A DNA stretch of 63,924 bases, counting the filler, from Hyphochytrium catenoides (taxonomy: Eukaryota; Protista; Hyphochytriomycota), in the NCBI GenBank assembly GCA_900088475.1. It is 9 parts of 9 records of this genome, joined end to end, with 100 filler letters (N's around TTAATTAATTAA, not from the genome) between each part and the next. Parts side by side here need not be neighbours in the genome. Positions count along the whole stretch, not along the records: positions 46,372 to 50,351 come from FLMG01002418.1; positions 50,452 to 62,794 come from FLMG01001707.1; 7 more parts are not named here. One strand, written 5' to 3'. The notes under the pieces are model-generated. The model had not been told where the DNA came from, ran no database searches, and was given only the letters and a program-made list of their open reading frames with translations. Below are positions 48,193 to 62,144 of this stretch, in pieces; the first letter of the stretch is position 1; each line of letters begins with the position of its first letter. Position numbers and translations under genes: made by a program.

Positions 48193-48717
48193 TAGAGCTG
48201 TGTCGATACCTTCTTCTCTACTATTATACTCTCTCCCTTCCTCTCTCTCTCTCTCTCTAGTATCTCTCTCTCTCGCTCAATGAGTAGTGTCTTCTTTTCC
48301 TTTTGTCTCTCTCTTCCGAAAAACATTTCTTTTTGCTTACTCTCTTTCTTACTCGCTCTCTCTCCTTTCCTTCTCTTCACGTTTCTTCTTCTTTGTCTCT
48401 CTTTTGTCTCTCTCTCTCTCTCTCCGGCAAGTAGTCATTCGAAAACGGCGTCTTCCTGTTCTCATCTTCCTAAACAAAGTGGACTCTTGGAAAGAGACGA
48501 ATAGTGAGAAACAGAAGAAGACAAGTTCTTCTTCTTCTCTCTCTTCCAAAGAGTCTTCTTCTCTCTCTCCTTCTAAGCAGGCAAAGGAAAGAGAGAGAGA
48601 AGAGAGAGAGGGAGAGAAAGGGGAAGAGAATGCCTCTGACTCGGGAAGAATAACAGTCAAAAGACTGGAAAATGTCCTGCAGCTTCACTCCTACCAGGTA
48701 CCTTGAGGGCTCCTTAG

Positions 48718-48770
<53 letters not shown>

Positions 48771-49089
48771 GAGGAGAAGACCAACAGGCCAAAAGAGAGA
48801 GAGAAAGAGATCTGGGTGAAGAAAGAAAGAGGTAGCTCCATCTTCCATGAGCCAATCATCTGTGGGATCGCTCTCTCTTCTGGCTGAAAGTGTGCATTGT
48901 TTCTTACTCTCTCTCTCTCTCTCTTGCTTTTTCTCTCTCTCTCTCTTTCTTTTTCTCTCTCTCTCTCTTTTCCAGTCGCGTAACAAGATCAAAATCTTTG
49001 CTTCGAACTCTCTGACGGGTTCCGGTCTGGAGGAAGGATGGCAGTGGCTGGAACAGGCGATAACAAGGAAAAAGACGTCCGACGCCTAG
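47481..49089 (+). CDS. ARF-like small GTPase, ARL6/BBS3-like; exons 47481-47765, 48072-48156, 48435-48697, 48976-49089
   Basis: N-terminal MG (myristoylation site), G1 LGLDGAGKS, G2 PTCGF, G3 WDMSGQGRYRELW (ARL6-type), GIVFIIDATD, RRLPVLIFLNKVD (G4) and IFASNSLTGSGLEEGWQWL. Junctions splice in frame. Confidence 0.85.
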
Positions 49090-49443
49090 GAGAGAGAGAG
49101 AGAGAGAGAAGAGAGAAAGTCTCTTCCCTCTCTCAGTTCCAGAGCTCTTTGAAGCAGAGGGAGGAAGAGATTCTTGAACTCGTGGAGCTGGGAAATGACG
49201 GACCGGCCTCTTCTCTTCTCTCTCTCTCTCGCTTTCTCTCTTCTCCCTCTCTCTTTAATTTTCTCCGAGAGAGAGGGAGAGAAGAGTTTCCCTCATCTCG
49301 AAGAAAAGAAGAGGAGTCCTCTCAAACCGACAAGAGAGTCTACCTCTGCCAGGCGAGAGAGAGAAGTGTAAAACTAGGTAAAGGGAGAGAGAGAGAGACA
49401 GAGAGAAAATGAGAGAGAGAGAGAGAGAGAGGCAAGATGGACT

Positions 49444-49719
49444 CTACACTTCCACAGTAGAGACTCTCACTTGCAAAAGTACTCCTGCTACACCTCGAGC
49501 ATCTTCTTCTTCTCCCTTTCGACCTCTCTCCCTCCTCTCCATCTCTTTTTCTATGTGGGCTTCCTCTGGGGATTCTTCTATATCGGAGGCAAGAGATGTC
49601 TCTCTCTTTTCTTTTCCTCTCTTTTCCTTGTCTTTCTCTCTCCTTCCTCCTCCGTGAGTGACGCAGAGTCCTAAAGACTGGACTTGTCTTTCGCAGCCCT
49701 CGATCTCGCATCTCTTCAC
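49444..49719 (-). CDS. Terminal exon with a WRKY19-like zinc-finger repeat (C-x4-C...GLC..HGGG)
   Basis: KRCEIEGCERQVQSLGLCVTHGGG matches the repeat typical of oomycete and plant 'WRKY19-like' proteins. Upstream exons were not resolved. Confidence 0.6.
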   Translation of the reverse strand: MKRCEIEGCERQVQSLGLCVTHGGGRREKDKEKRGKEKRETSLASDIEESPEEAHIEKEMERRERGRKGEEEDARGVAGVLLQVRVSTVEV

Positions 49720-49738
49720 CTTCCCAGCGGGAAGAAGG

Positions 49739-49786
<48 letters not shown>

Positions 49787-50318
49787 GAGAGAGAGAGAGG
49801 GAGAGGGAGAACAGAAATTGTCAATGCTAGGCGAAGAATCTAGGGGCTACTGATGTCTATTGATGCCAAAAGAAAACAACTGATATTTGTTTCTTCCCCA
49901 AACATCGTTATCCGGCTCTTCTCTCTCTCTCTCTCTCTCTCTCCTTGTCTCTCCCTATCTCTCTCTTCCTCTCCCTTGTACTCTCCATCCTTACAAGCTC
50001 ATCCGCTTGTCTTCTCTCTTCTAGAGGTGGCGTCTCTTCCTAGTCCTACTCACAGTCCGCTAATCTCTCTTCTCTTCCTTCGTCTGCCCTTTCCTTGTCC
50101 TCCTCTTTCCTCTCCTCTCTTTCTCTCTCCCTCTGTTTCTCTCGGCTCTCTCCCCCTGTTTCTCTCTGCTCTCTCCCCCTAGGTCACCGCCTCTCTTTTT
50201 CTCTTTGTGTCTCTTTTTTCTCTGTTCATCCTCTCTCTTTGTCTTCCCTCTTCTCTTCTGTTCACCGTCCCTCTCTCCTCTCTCTTTGCTCTATTGGGCC
50301 CTCTCTTGATGAGCGACT

Positions 50319-50351
<33 letters not shown>

Positions 50352-50978
50352 NNNNNNNNNNNNNNNNNNNNNNNNNNNNNNNNNNNNNNNNNNNNTTAAT
50401 TAATTAANNNNNNNNNNNNNNNNNNNNNNNNNNNNNNNNNNNNNNNNNNNNCCGAAGATTGACGTGTTGGATGGCTTGGGAGGGCGGCGAAAGGGAAGTA
50501 GATTGGCTGGAACCATAGAGGAACAAAGACAGTTAGGGGGATGACGGGACGGGAGAAAGAAAGCGAGCGCGACAAGGAACAGGAAAGACAGAGAGAAGGA
50601 GAGCCAGAGAGAGAAGGAGAGACAGAGAGAGAATAAAAGCCACAAAGCGCATGTATAAGCTAAGAAGATAGGAAGGCGGTAAGCTAAGAGCAATGAGCAC
50701 ACTCGGAGACAGAGAATGGCAGCCAACAGCACTGTCCAAGGTGCAAACAGTAAACAGGCTCGGAAGGCGGTAGGAAGAGAGAAAGGACGGTCGGAGTGGA
50801 AAGGAGACGCGGAGACTCATCACCCTCAGCAAAATGGGTAGTAAGATTGTATGAAGAGAGACACTGCACCAAAGGAGTGCCAGGGAAGCGACGTTGAGGG
50901 CGAGAAGCAAGAAGCAGTTGTGAAAAAGAAAGAGAGCGGAAGAAAGAGGGGCCTGCTAGTGTGTGAGAGAGAAAGAAC

Positions 50979-51014
<36 letters not shown>

Positions 51015-51388
51015 NNNNNNNNNNNNNNNNNNNNNNNNNNNNNNNNNNNNNNNNNNNNNNNNNNNNNNNNNNNNNNNNNNNNNNNNNNNNNNAAAGAGTC
51101 TTGTTCCTTTCCAAGCCGTCAAAGCTCCTTTCTCTCTCATAACTCTATCAAGAAAGAGAACGGATGGAGAAATACTCTGCTAAATAGAAAGACTGCCTAC
51201 CCTGAGGTGTCTCCTTCTCAACTCTCTCTCTCTCTTTCTTTACTCTCTTTTACGTCTTTCCCTCTCTTTCTCTTCTACCGGCTGTTAGTTTTCGTGTTAC
51301 CCACCATCACTCTTTCCCGCTCGTCTTCTCTCTCTCTCTCTCTCTCTCTCATGGAACGTCGTGCGCCTTCTTTCTCTCTTCTCTCTCG

Positions 51389-51430
<42 letters not shown>

Positions 51431-51699
51431 TTGCTTGTTATTACTGTTGATGATGGACAAAGAAAAAGATCGTTTTTCTTGGACTTTGTCCCTTTTCCTT
51501 TATAATAAAATCTTCATTAAACATTCCTTTCACGTCTTCCTGGGACGCTTCCTCTTCTTCTCTGGAGCTCCGCATTTTGACTAAGAAACAAGCCTGATAA
51601 AGAGAAGAAATAAGAGAGAAAGAGAGAGATGTTCACCAGGAGACCTCTCTCCTTCATTTCCTCTTTCTCTCTCTCTCTCCCTCTCTCTCTCTCTCCCCC

Positions 51700-53577
51700 T
51701 CAAAGCCAGAGATCATGGTCATCATCGAGCACTCTGTCTCTCTCACGATCAGGCGTTCCCGCTTCTAATGACCTGAAGAGAGAGCTTGTCGTTCTTCCTC
51801 TCTCTTCTTCTCCTCCCAGACCATCGTCCGCTGTGGCAAAAGAGGAAGCAACGACAGAAGAATCCACCATGGAAGACTCTCTGATGATGTCTTCTCTCCC
51901 CTCTCTTCTCTTCCTCTCTCTTCTTCTCCTCCTTCTCTCCTCATCTGCGTCCTCTCCTTCTTCTTCAAGGTTGTCTCTCTCTTCTTTCTCTTCTTCTTCT
52001 TCTTGTTGTTGCTGCTGTAGAGACGAATGAGGAGGGAGAGAGAAGAGAACGGTAACACTCTCTCTCCCTGCTCCTGCATCTTTTCTGCTAATAACAGAGA
52101 GAGACGACGTGGAAGAGGGGACACTCTCTCCTGCTCCTACTCCTGGAAGAAGCTCTTCTTCTGATTGAGACGTTCTGCTGTTGCTCTGTCTTTTTGACAG
52201 TCTGGCGCTCCAGCGACGGGCAACTCTCTCCAGGGGAGAATAAAGAGGAGAGAACTCCTCTCTCTCTCTTTCTCTCTCTCTTCTCTCTCTCTTTCCGCCA
52301 CGAGTAACCCAAGGCACTGCGCTAGCGCTAGCACCATCCGACAATAGTTCTTTGTCTTCTCTCTTTCTCTTCTGCTGTCTCCTCAGCACGGAGATGAGAG
52401 AAATAATGAGAACCAGGAGAAGAATGAAGCCTCCGATGAGTCCGCCGTAGACCCAAGGAGAGGTTGTTCTTCCAGAAGAGAAGAGACCAGAAGAGGAAGG
52501 TTCTTTCTCTCTCTCTCCTTCTTTCTCTTTCTCACTCTCTCCTGCGCCGCCTCCTTCTGCTGTCGGAGAAGGAGAAGGAGGACTTTCTCCTTCTGAGACA
52601 CCATCATCTTGTTCTTTCTTCTCTTCTGTGGAGGGAGAGGGAGAGAGAGAAGGACGAGAGAACTGATCTTCTCTTCCTTCTCCAGCGGGAATGAGAGAAG
52701 ACGCTTCCTCGTCTGATGGCTTGATAAGACTAGAGGTAGAGTCCAAAAGATCTACTTTCTCTTTCTCTCTCTCTCTCTCTCTCCCTGCCCCTCCTCCTCC
52801 AGCAGAGGGCGAGGGAAGAGGAGAAGGACGAGGAGATGGGGGAGGAGAGGGAGAGGGAGAGAGAGGAGGAGGAGAAGGAGAAGGGGGAGGAGGAGGTGTA
52901 GGAGAAGGTGGGGGAGGAGAGAGAGGCGGCGGAGGAGGAGAGGGAGAGGGAAGAGGAGGAGAGGGAGAAGGAGATGGAGAGGGAGAAGGCGTTGGTGGAA
53001 TAATAACTATGGGAGTAGGAGCAGGCGTAGGAGAGAGAGTCGGGACAACTGGCTCTGGAGTGGGAGAGGGAGTGGGAGAAGGGGTAGGAGGAGGCTGGAC
53101 CATAGGCGTAGGCTTAGGTGTGGGAGAGGGAGTAGGGAGAGGACCCGTGGCTCCCTGCAGAGAGCGACGGCGGGAGGAGAAGGAAGAAAGAGAGATGGCC
53201 GCGCGCTCTCTCTCATTCTCTTCTCTCTCTTTTCTATGGACTAACAAGGAGAGAGACCGGATGTTGCCTCTCTTCCCAAGTACTAGAGGTGATGATGCAG
53301 AGGAAGCATATCCATCACTAGAACAGACGAGAAGAGAGAGGGAGAGGACAGAAACCCAGAGGAAAGAAAAGAGAGAAGACTTTGCTTCTCTCCTTCTCTT
53401 CAATGTTTTCTTTTCTCCTCTGCTACATTTGCTGAAGCTGCACGCGCCGGAGACGAGAGAGACACACGCCGTTAATCTCTCCATGTCTCTCCTTCTTTCT
53501 CTTTCCCCTCCAAGCTTCTTCCGTACTTCGTAAAAGAGAGAAGAGAGAGAGAGAGGGAGACTGACAGAGAGAGACAC
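51700..53577 (-). CDS. Single-pass membrane protein with a PTPSP/SPPPP-rich ectodomain, intronless (true start probably a downstream ATG such as MERLTAC...)
   Basis: 625-codon ORF with a hydrophobic signal-like stretch (FSFLWVSVLSLSLLVCS), an RRRSLQ processing-like motif, long Pro/Ser/Thr repeats, and a TM helix (WVYGGLIGGFILLLVLIISLISVL) followed by a basic stop-transfer sequence RRQQKRKR. Confidence 0.75.
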   Translation of the reverse strand: MSLSVSLPLSLSSLFYEVRKKLGGERERRRDMERLTACVSLVSGACSFSKCSRGEKKTLKRRREAKSSLFSFLWVSVLSLSLLVCSSDGYASSASSPLVLGKRGNIRSLSLLVHRKEREENERERAAISLSSFSSRRRSLQGATGPLPTPSPTPKPTPMVQPPPTPSPTPSPTPEPVVPTLSPTPAPTPIVIIPPTPSPSPSPSPSPPLPSPSPPPPPLSPPPPSPTPPPPPSPSPPPLSPSPSPPPSPRPSPLPSPSAGGGGAGREREREKEKVDLLDSTSSLIKPSDEEASSLIPAGEGREDQFSRPSLSPSPSTEEKKEQDDGVSEGESPPSPSPTAEGGGAGESEKEKEGEREKEPSSSGLFSSGRTTSPWVYGGLIGGFILLLVLIISLISVLRRQQKRKREDKELLSDGASASAVPWVTRGGKRERREREREREEFSPLYSPLERVARRWSARLSKRQSNSRTSQSEEELLPGVGAGESVPSSTSSLSVISRKDAGAGRESVTVLFSLPPHSSLQQQQQEEEEEKEERDNLEEEGEDADEERRRRRRERKRREGREDIIRESSMVDSSVVASSFATADDGLGGEEERGRTTSSLFRSLEAGTPDRERDRVLDDDHDLWL

Positions 53578-53994
53578 CAGCGAAAGAGACCGTTAAGAGC
53601 AGATGTGACTAGCAACTCGTTCTTCTCAGCAGGATGATGGTCATGTTTTCTGCTCTAATGTAAGAAGGGAAGAAGCTTCTTCCGGCAAAGACAGACGGAT
53701 AAGACAAAGAGGATGATAGTCAAATAGGAGAGAAAAGAAGGGATATTAGAAAAATGAGAGAGAGAGAGAGTCCTTGCAATTGGCCTTGGAACGTTAAGAG
53801 CTTTATCTCTCTCTTTCTCTGTTCCTTTTCTGTCTCTTTCCACCGAATGGTGCCGCGAGTCTACTGGCGCTGGCGCGGATGGCAGCAGTAGAGACGAAAG
53901 AGGACCACAAAGAATGAGAGAGGAAGAGAGAGGCCGATAATAATTAGATTGCCTTTTCTATTGACATTCGTTCCCTCCCTCTCATTATTCTGCG

Positions 53995-54034
<40 letters not shown>

Positions 54035-54111
54035 ACTCTCTCCCCTTCCCTCCCTGACCTCTCTTTCTCTCTCTCCTCTCTCTATCGTGCTCGACTCCGT
54101 CCTCTCGGTGA

Positions 54112-54163
<52 letters not shown>

Positions 54164-54859
54164 CACTGCACTAGAAGCGATGCCACCCTTCTTGGAATTT
54201 TTTAGAGGAGGATGCCTTTCTTAATGTTTAGGATAGTTCTAGAGACGACCAAGTAGATTATATCCTTCATTATCTTCTGTCATCTTCGGCTCTCTCTCTC
54301 TCTCTCTCTCTCTTTCTCCCATATCCATTAGTCTTTTCACCTTCATCTCGCTTTTTGCTAGCTTTGCTCTTGACGAACTGATTGCCCATAGCGATGTACA
54401 CTAAAGATCAGATCCACAAGGATGTGCCCAGATCNNNNNNNNNNNNNNNNNNNNNNNNNNNNNNNNNNNNNNNNNNNNNNNNNNNNNNNNNCTCTCTGCT
54501 CTATTTCTCTTTCTCTCTTTCTCTACTCTCTTTCTCTTTTTCTCCCCTCGTCTCTTCTTTCTTTCTCTCTCTGCTTTAACTCACAGCTTCTCTTCTCTCT
54601 TTCTCTCGCTCCTCTCTTTCTTATTGTCAAGTTAATGTGGGATTTCCTTCTCGGCCTTTCGAACGGACTGGGGTGCCTAAGATCGGACTCTCAAATAATG
54701 ATTGACGAAAAACAGGAGGGAGAAATGAGAGAGGAGAGAAGAAGAGAGGAGGGAGGGAAAAAGAGGAGAGAGAGAAGGGAAAAAGCAAAGAGAGAGATAG
54801 CCTAAGACAAGGAAGAGGTAACGGGATAGAAGAAGAAAGAGACAGCGCAAGTACAGAGG

Positions 54860-54896
<37 letters not shown>

Positions 54897-55187
54897 GGAA
54901 GGACGACAGGGGACGAAGAACTAGTGTGACCAGCGCGTCACAATACATGCGATATTAGGAATATTCCAGGGTCCCGGCCATACTATTGAATACAGTGAAT
55001 ATATGTATTCAGGATTTGGTGGTTTCGTAATCCAAATAAATGTTGCAGTCCTCAGTTCTGTTTCAATTCCTCGAAGTGTTCGTTGTCGACGTTTCCTCGC
55101 CTACAGCAAAACTACTGTTGTAGTGCTTAACGACTCCCAAGAGTAAAACAGTACTAGTTCGTGTCAATCTCCTTTCAAACTTATAAT

Positions 55188-55423
55188 GGGCACAATATTT
55201 GGTACCATTCACCGAAATTAGCCGAGAAGTCATGCGTGACCTCCCGATCCCAGGGACCCCTAACCGAAACTAACGCCCGACTGGGATGGCCCCATAAGCT
55301 GTCCGATAATCCTTCCAAAAAGGGGCACGATATTTAGTACCAGTCACTGATCCCAAAAACCCTACCCGAAACTAACGCCTGACTGGGATGGCCCTATAAG
55401 CAGTGCCATAATCCTTCCCAAAA
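55188..55423. repeat. Two-copy direct repeat (about 100-130 bp) with telomere-like CCCTAAC/AAACTAAC motifs
   Basis: GGGCAC(A/G)ATATTT(G/A)GTACCA(T/G)TCAC and CCCTA(A/C)CCGAAACTAACGCC(C/T)GACTGGGATGGCCC(C/T)ATAAGC..ATAATCCTTCC each occur twice in the same order. Confidence 0.8.
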
Positions 55424-57451
55424 CAGAACAATTTTGTGACGGTCTCGTGGGTCGGGAGAGATCCGCTCTTCTTGCCAAAGCAGATGCGGCGGGGCCCACA
55501 TCGACGGCAAATTTATCTAAGAAGGAGAGAGCTGTAGACCAGGAGAAGAGGAGAGAGGATCGCACCAGAAATCAGCCGGGGAGGGCCTACAAGGCGGAAT
55601 GGGAAGGAGAAAGAACAGAAGAGGGGAGGTACATTCTAGGGGCAGTAGTAAAGAAGAGGAGAGGGAGAGAGAGGAGAGAGATCCTACAACTAGTAACAGA
55701 AGACTCTTGACAGCTGTTGTAGTTCTACCGACGACTGAACTAGGAGCATCAAGGAGGTGATGGGCATGATAGTTCAACTACCAGACGTAGTAGCACCACT
55801 CTAGTCTACTACTAGGAGCTAAGACCAAAGACCACCCCTGGCTCCCTTAAGTCAATGCTAAAACCTAAAACCATCCACCACCCAGTAAATTTGCCATGTA
55901 CTACTGTCATACGCACTTTTGCGCTCCTCCATCCAATGACCAGTGCGGGCGTTCTAATATTAACGTTCATCCTGCTCCTTCTTTCCCGCATCCTCCTGCT
56001 CCCCTCCAACGAACATTTTCCTTTTTGCCGGTGGACCCTTTTCATCTATCTTCCTTCTCCCTCCTCCTCACCCTTCTTCTCTTTCCATCTTCGTCGCCTT
56101 TTGCCTTTGGACTAATGGTTCTACTTCTTCTTCTAAAATCTTCCGCTCCCTGCTTCGGGTCCCGTTCTCCGCCTCTCCTCTCTTCCGCTCACTGCTCTCC
56201 GCCGAGGTCACCACTAACTTTACTTCTCACTCGTTCTGTTCTTTCTCTCTGCTTTCCTCTTCTTCATGGTTCTCTCCTTTTCGACCTGACCCTAATAACC
56301 CTCGAGCGTCCTTGTACATACTACTCGTACGTGTGCCAAAAGTAGAAGTTTAGATTGATGTGATAACTAATAAAGAAGTTTCAGTAGCGGTTACTGAGGG
56401 TGTGGATCAGCTCATTTTGTGTATGGGCGTACGGACGTGATATTATTCGGAACTCAAGGACATGGTTTGCAGGAGTAAGCCCTTCCTTTGGATTGAGAAT
56501 AATACCGACAAACCTGTTTGATCATTGATAAACCTGTAGCTTATCCTTCATATGGCTGTTACCAACACTCCCTATTTTTTGTTCCATTCAAACGCGCATT
56601 AACGTCAAATTCACTCGTCTCTTATATGTAAGATCTGTTAGTAAACCCAAGCTGAGCTGAAACTCACTATACTGTTGGGATGATGGAAGGTGGACCTTGA
56701 GCAGGTGGACAAGGCAGGAGAGGAATATGACTGACACGGGTGATTGTCTTTTCTTTGCCTTTTCTCCATCATCCACACTCTCTGTTCTTGTCTCTCTGTC
56801 TCTCTCTCTCTGTCTCTCTCTCTGTTCCCTTTCTCTCCCTGTCTGTCTCTCTCTCTTCTCTCTCTCTTTCCTCTCTCTCTCTCTCTTTCTTTCTCTCTTA
56901 TCGGCCTGCTAACTCTCATGCTCTCTCTTTCTCTACTGTAGCCTATCTATCTCCGTCCTCTCTCTCATTCTTCTTGAGAGAAAAGAGGTGCAAGGTTTGA
57001 AAGCATCTGTGAAACCCAATCAGGCTTTCCACCATCACTCTTCTCTCTCTCTCTCTTTCTCTCTGTATCTCTCTCTCTCTCTCTCCCTCTTGCTTCTTTC
57101 CTTTCCTTCTCCTTCCATCAGCTTCCCGGCAACGTTATCTCACAAAGATCTAAGCCGCATTTTCCCTCCGCTGTCGCCATTGTTAACCGCTTTCTCTTGG
57201 TCTTCGTAAGTCCGTTTGTCTCTCCTCTCATTTCCTTTCTCTCTCTCGCTGGCTCTGGCTCTGTCTCTCTCTCTTTCCTCATTTGTTGCTGCTTGCCCGT
57301 TAGGTAGAGGAGCTCCCATTTCTCTTTTTCCGTCATTGCCTTCTCCAACTCCGCTCTCACTCTTTAGCAATCTCTCTCTCTCTCTCTCTCCCTCTCTCTC
57401 TCTGTCTCTTTGTCTCTCTCTCTCTTTGTCTGTCTCTCTCTTGCGGACATA

Positions 57452-59741
<2,290 letters not shown>

Positions 59742-60359
59742 AGAGAGAAGAGAGAGAGAGAGGAAGAGAGAGGAAGAGAGAGCGGTATACTCTCTCGTTT
59801 GTCTCGTCTCTTCCTATTCTCTTCTTTCTCTCTCTCTCTTTTTCCCTCCGTCCCCAGTCTCTTTCTTCAGTGGGATATCTTCCAACCGTATCTTTTCATC
59901 AGCGATGCCGTTCGCGATCGCTCTTTCTCCCCTTTCTGTTTGGCCGTTTCTCTCTCTCTCTGTCCTTTTGGTGTCTCTTCTTGGTATGTCTTCCACAACT
60001 ACTTTTGAGGAGAGAAACAAGAGAAATCCTGGGGCCGCAGCTGGGACAACCTCCTCCACCTCTTCTCTTTCTCTCTCTGTGTCGCACTGCCTTAAGCGAG
60101 ACATAAAAAGAGGAGAAGAGAGGAGGAAGAAAGGATGCCTCTTCCAAGGCTGACGCTCGCCAGGGAACAAAGAGTGACAAACTCTCTCTTCTATTCCAGA
60201 ACTGTTTCTTAAGAGCCTCAGTGGAAGAAGAGGAGAGGACAGAAAGGGAGAAGAAAAGAGGGAAAGAAGTAGAAGACAAGGTTGATTTAGCTTTTCCTCA
60301 NNNNNNNNNNNNNNNNNNNNNNNNNNNNNNNNNNNNNNNNNNNNNNNNNNNNNNNGAGA

Positions 60360-60506
60360 GAGGAAGAGAGAGAGAAAGAAAGAATGAGTGAGAGAGAGAG
60401 AGAGAGAGAGAAAGAAAGAATGAGTGAGAGAGAGAGAGAGAGAAAAAGAAAGAATGAGTGAGAGAAAGAGAGAGAAAAAGAAAGAATGAGTGAGAGAGAG
60501 AGAGAG
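60360..60506. repeat. Minisatellite, 4 copies of AAAGAAAGAATGAGTGAGA(GA)n
   Basis: GAAAGAATGAGTGAGAG recurs at intervals of about 33-38 bp. Confidence 0.8.
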
Positions 60507-60733
60507 AACACATGAAGATACCGAGAGGGATATGCCGATCCAAGTGTTACTGAAAGAGAATTAGCGGTGAAGGAAAAGAGTCTTGACCTCAGCCACCCTC
60601 TCCCTTTCTCTAGATGCCTATCTTCTGTCATGTACAGAATCTATCTCTTTCTCTCTCTCTCTCTCTCACCCACACACTCTCTCTCTTTCCTTTTGCTCTC
60701 CCTTCAGTTCCCATGAGCCAATATATAAAGATA

Positions 60734-60818
60734 TTATATTCCAAGAAACACTCTTCCATGCAAGATTGCAGGCAATTTCTTCGAGACGATGGTGAGGACA
60801 TCCTCGCGAGAATATCTG

Positions 60819-60866
<48 letters not shown>

Positions 60867-61071
60867 AGGTCTTAGAGAAGTGCGATAAATAAGGAGAGAG
60901 AGTGGTAAGCTGACAGGAACAGAGGAGAAAGAATACAGCGCCGTCACTTAAACTCTAGCACTGCCCTTCTAAAATATTGTCCTCCCTTTCTTCGTCCTTG
61001 CCAAGCACTCTCAAGTTATTGATTGGGAGGTGCTTCCCATTTTCTCTCTTCTTCCGAAGTCCATCATATAG

Positions 61072-61114
<43 letters not shown>

Positions 61115-61274
61115 CTCTCTTTCTTTCTCTCTGTTGCCTCCGTCTCCGATTCCCTCTCTCTCCCGTCGTTCTTCTCTCCTACTGCCCGATGGGTTTGGCT
61201 TTCGTTCATCCGTTTTCCGTCATTTTCTTAACCCATAACTTTGCATCTTCTCTCTCTATGTTCGTTATGCTCTT

Positions 61275-61350
<76 letters not shown>

Positions 61351-62101
61351 CAATGACCTGGCTGAGAAGTGCATGAACACAATGAACTCATTTTGAAAGA
61401 GAGGTGCGGCTTGGACAACATCTTCCAAGTGAATGTGACCCTTCTCTCTCGCCACCGAGGGAGAGACCGCATCATCAAGAAAGGTGACCTGAGTGATGGG
61501 GAATGCAAAATGAAGAGAGAGAGAGAGAGAGNNNNNNNNNNNNNNNNNNNNNNNNNNNNNNNNNNNNNNNNNNNNNNNNNNNNNNNNGAGAGAGAGAGAG
61601 AGTTAAACAGACAGATGCGGGGAAAAGAGAGTAAAGAGAGAAAGGGAAAGGATCAAAACCAACTTCCTTCAGCTGTCTGGTGGCTTACTCCCCTGTCTGC
61701 ATCCAAACGTATATGTTCACCCCTTTCCCTTGCAAAGCCTCTCTCTCTCCCTCCTCGTCTCTCTCTCGTTTTCCCTCTCTCTCTCTCATTCTCCCGCTAT
61801 TTCTCTCTTGGTCATTTCTTTTCGAGCTCTTTTTGCTCACATTCGAGATCGGTCTTCCCCCTGACACACTTTTCTCTCTCTATCCTCGCCCTCTTTCTAT
61901 GCCTCCATCAAATTTTATTTGTTCTCCTCGTCTGTTTCTCTCCTTCCCTCTCTCTCCTCTCTCCTTGTCTTTCTCTCTCTCTGTCTCTTCTTCGGTCTCA
62001 GCCTTTTTCTCTCTCTCTAATTCTCCACTTTCTCGCTCATTATCTCTCCCTCTCTCCGCACTCTCACCCTGGAAACCAGAATGTCTCTCTTCTTCTACTT
62101 C

Positions 62102-62144
<43 letters not shown>

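Noticed and set aside
52691-53533. 280-aa Gly/Glu-rich plus-strand ORF (also 44028-44738 and 34130-34588)
   Set aside because: These are antisense shadows of Pro-rich coding sequence on the opposite strand.
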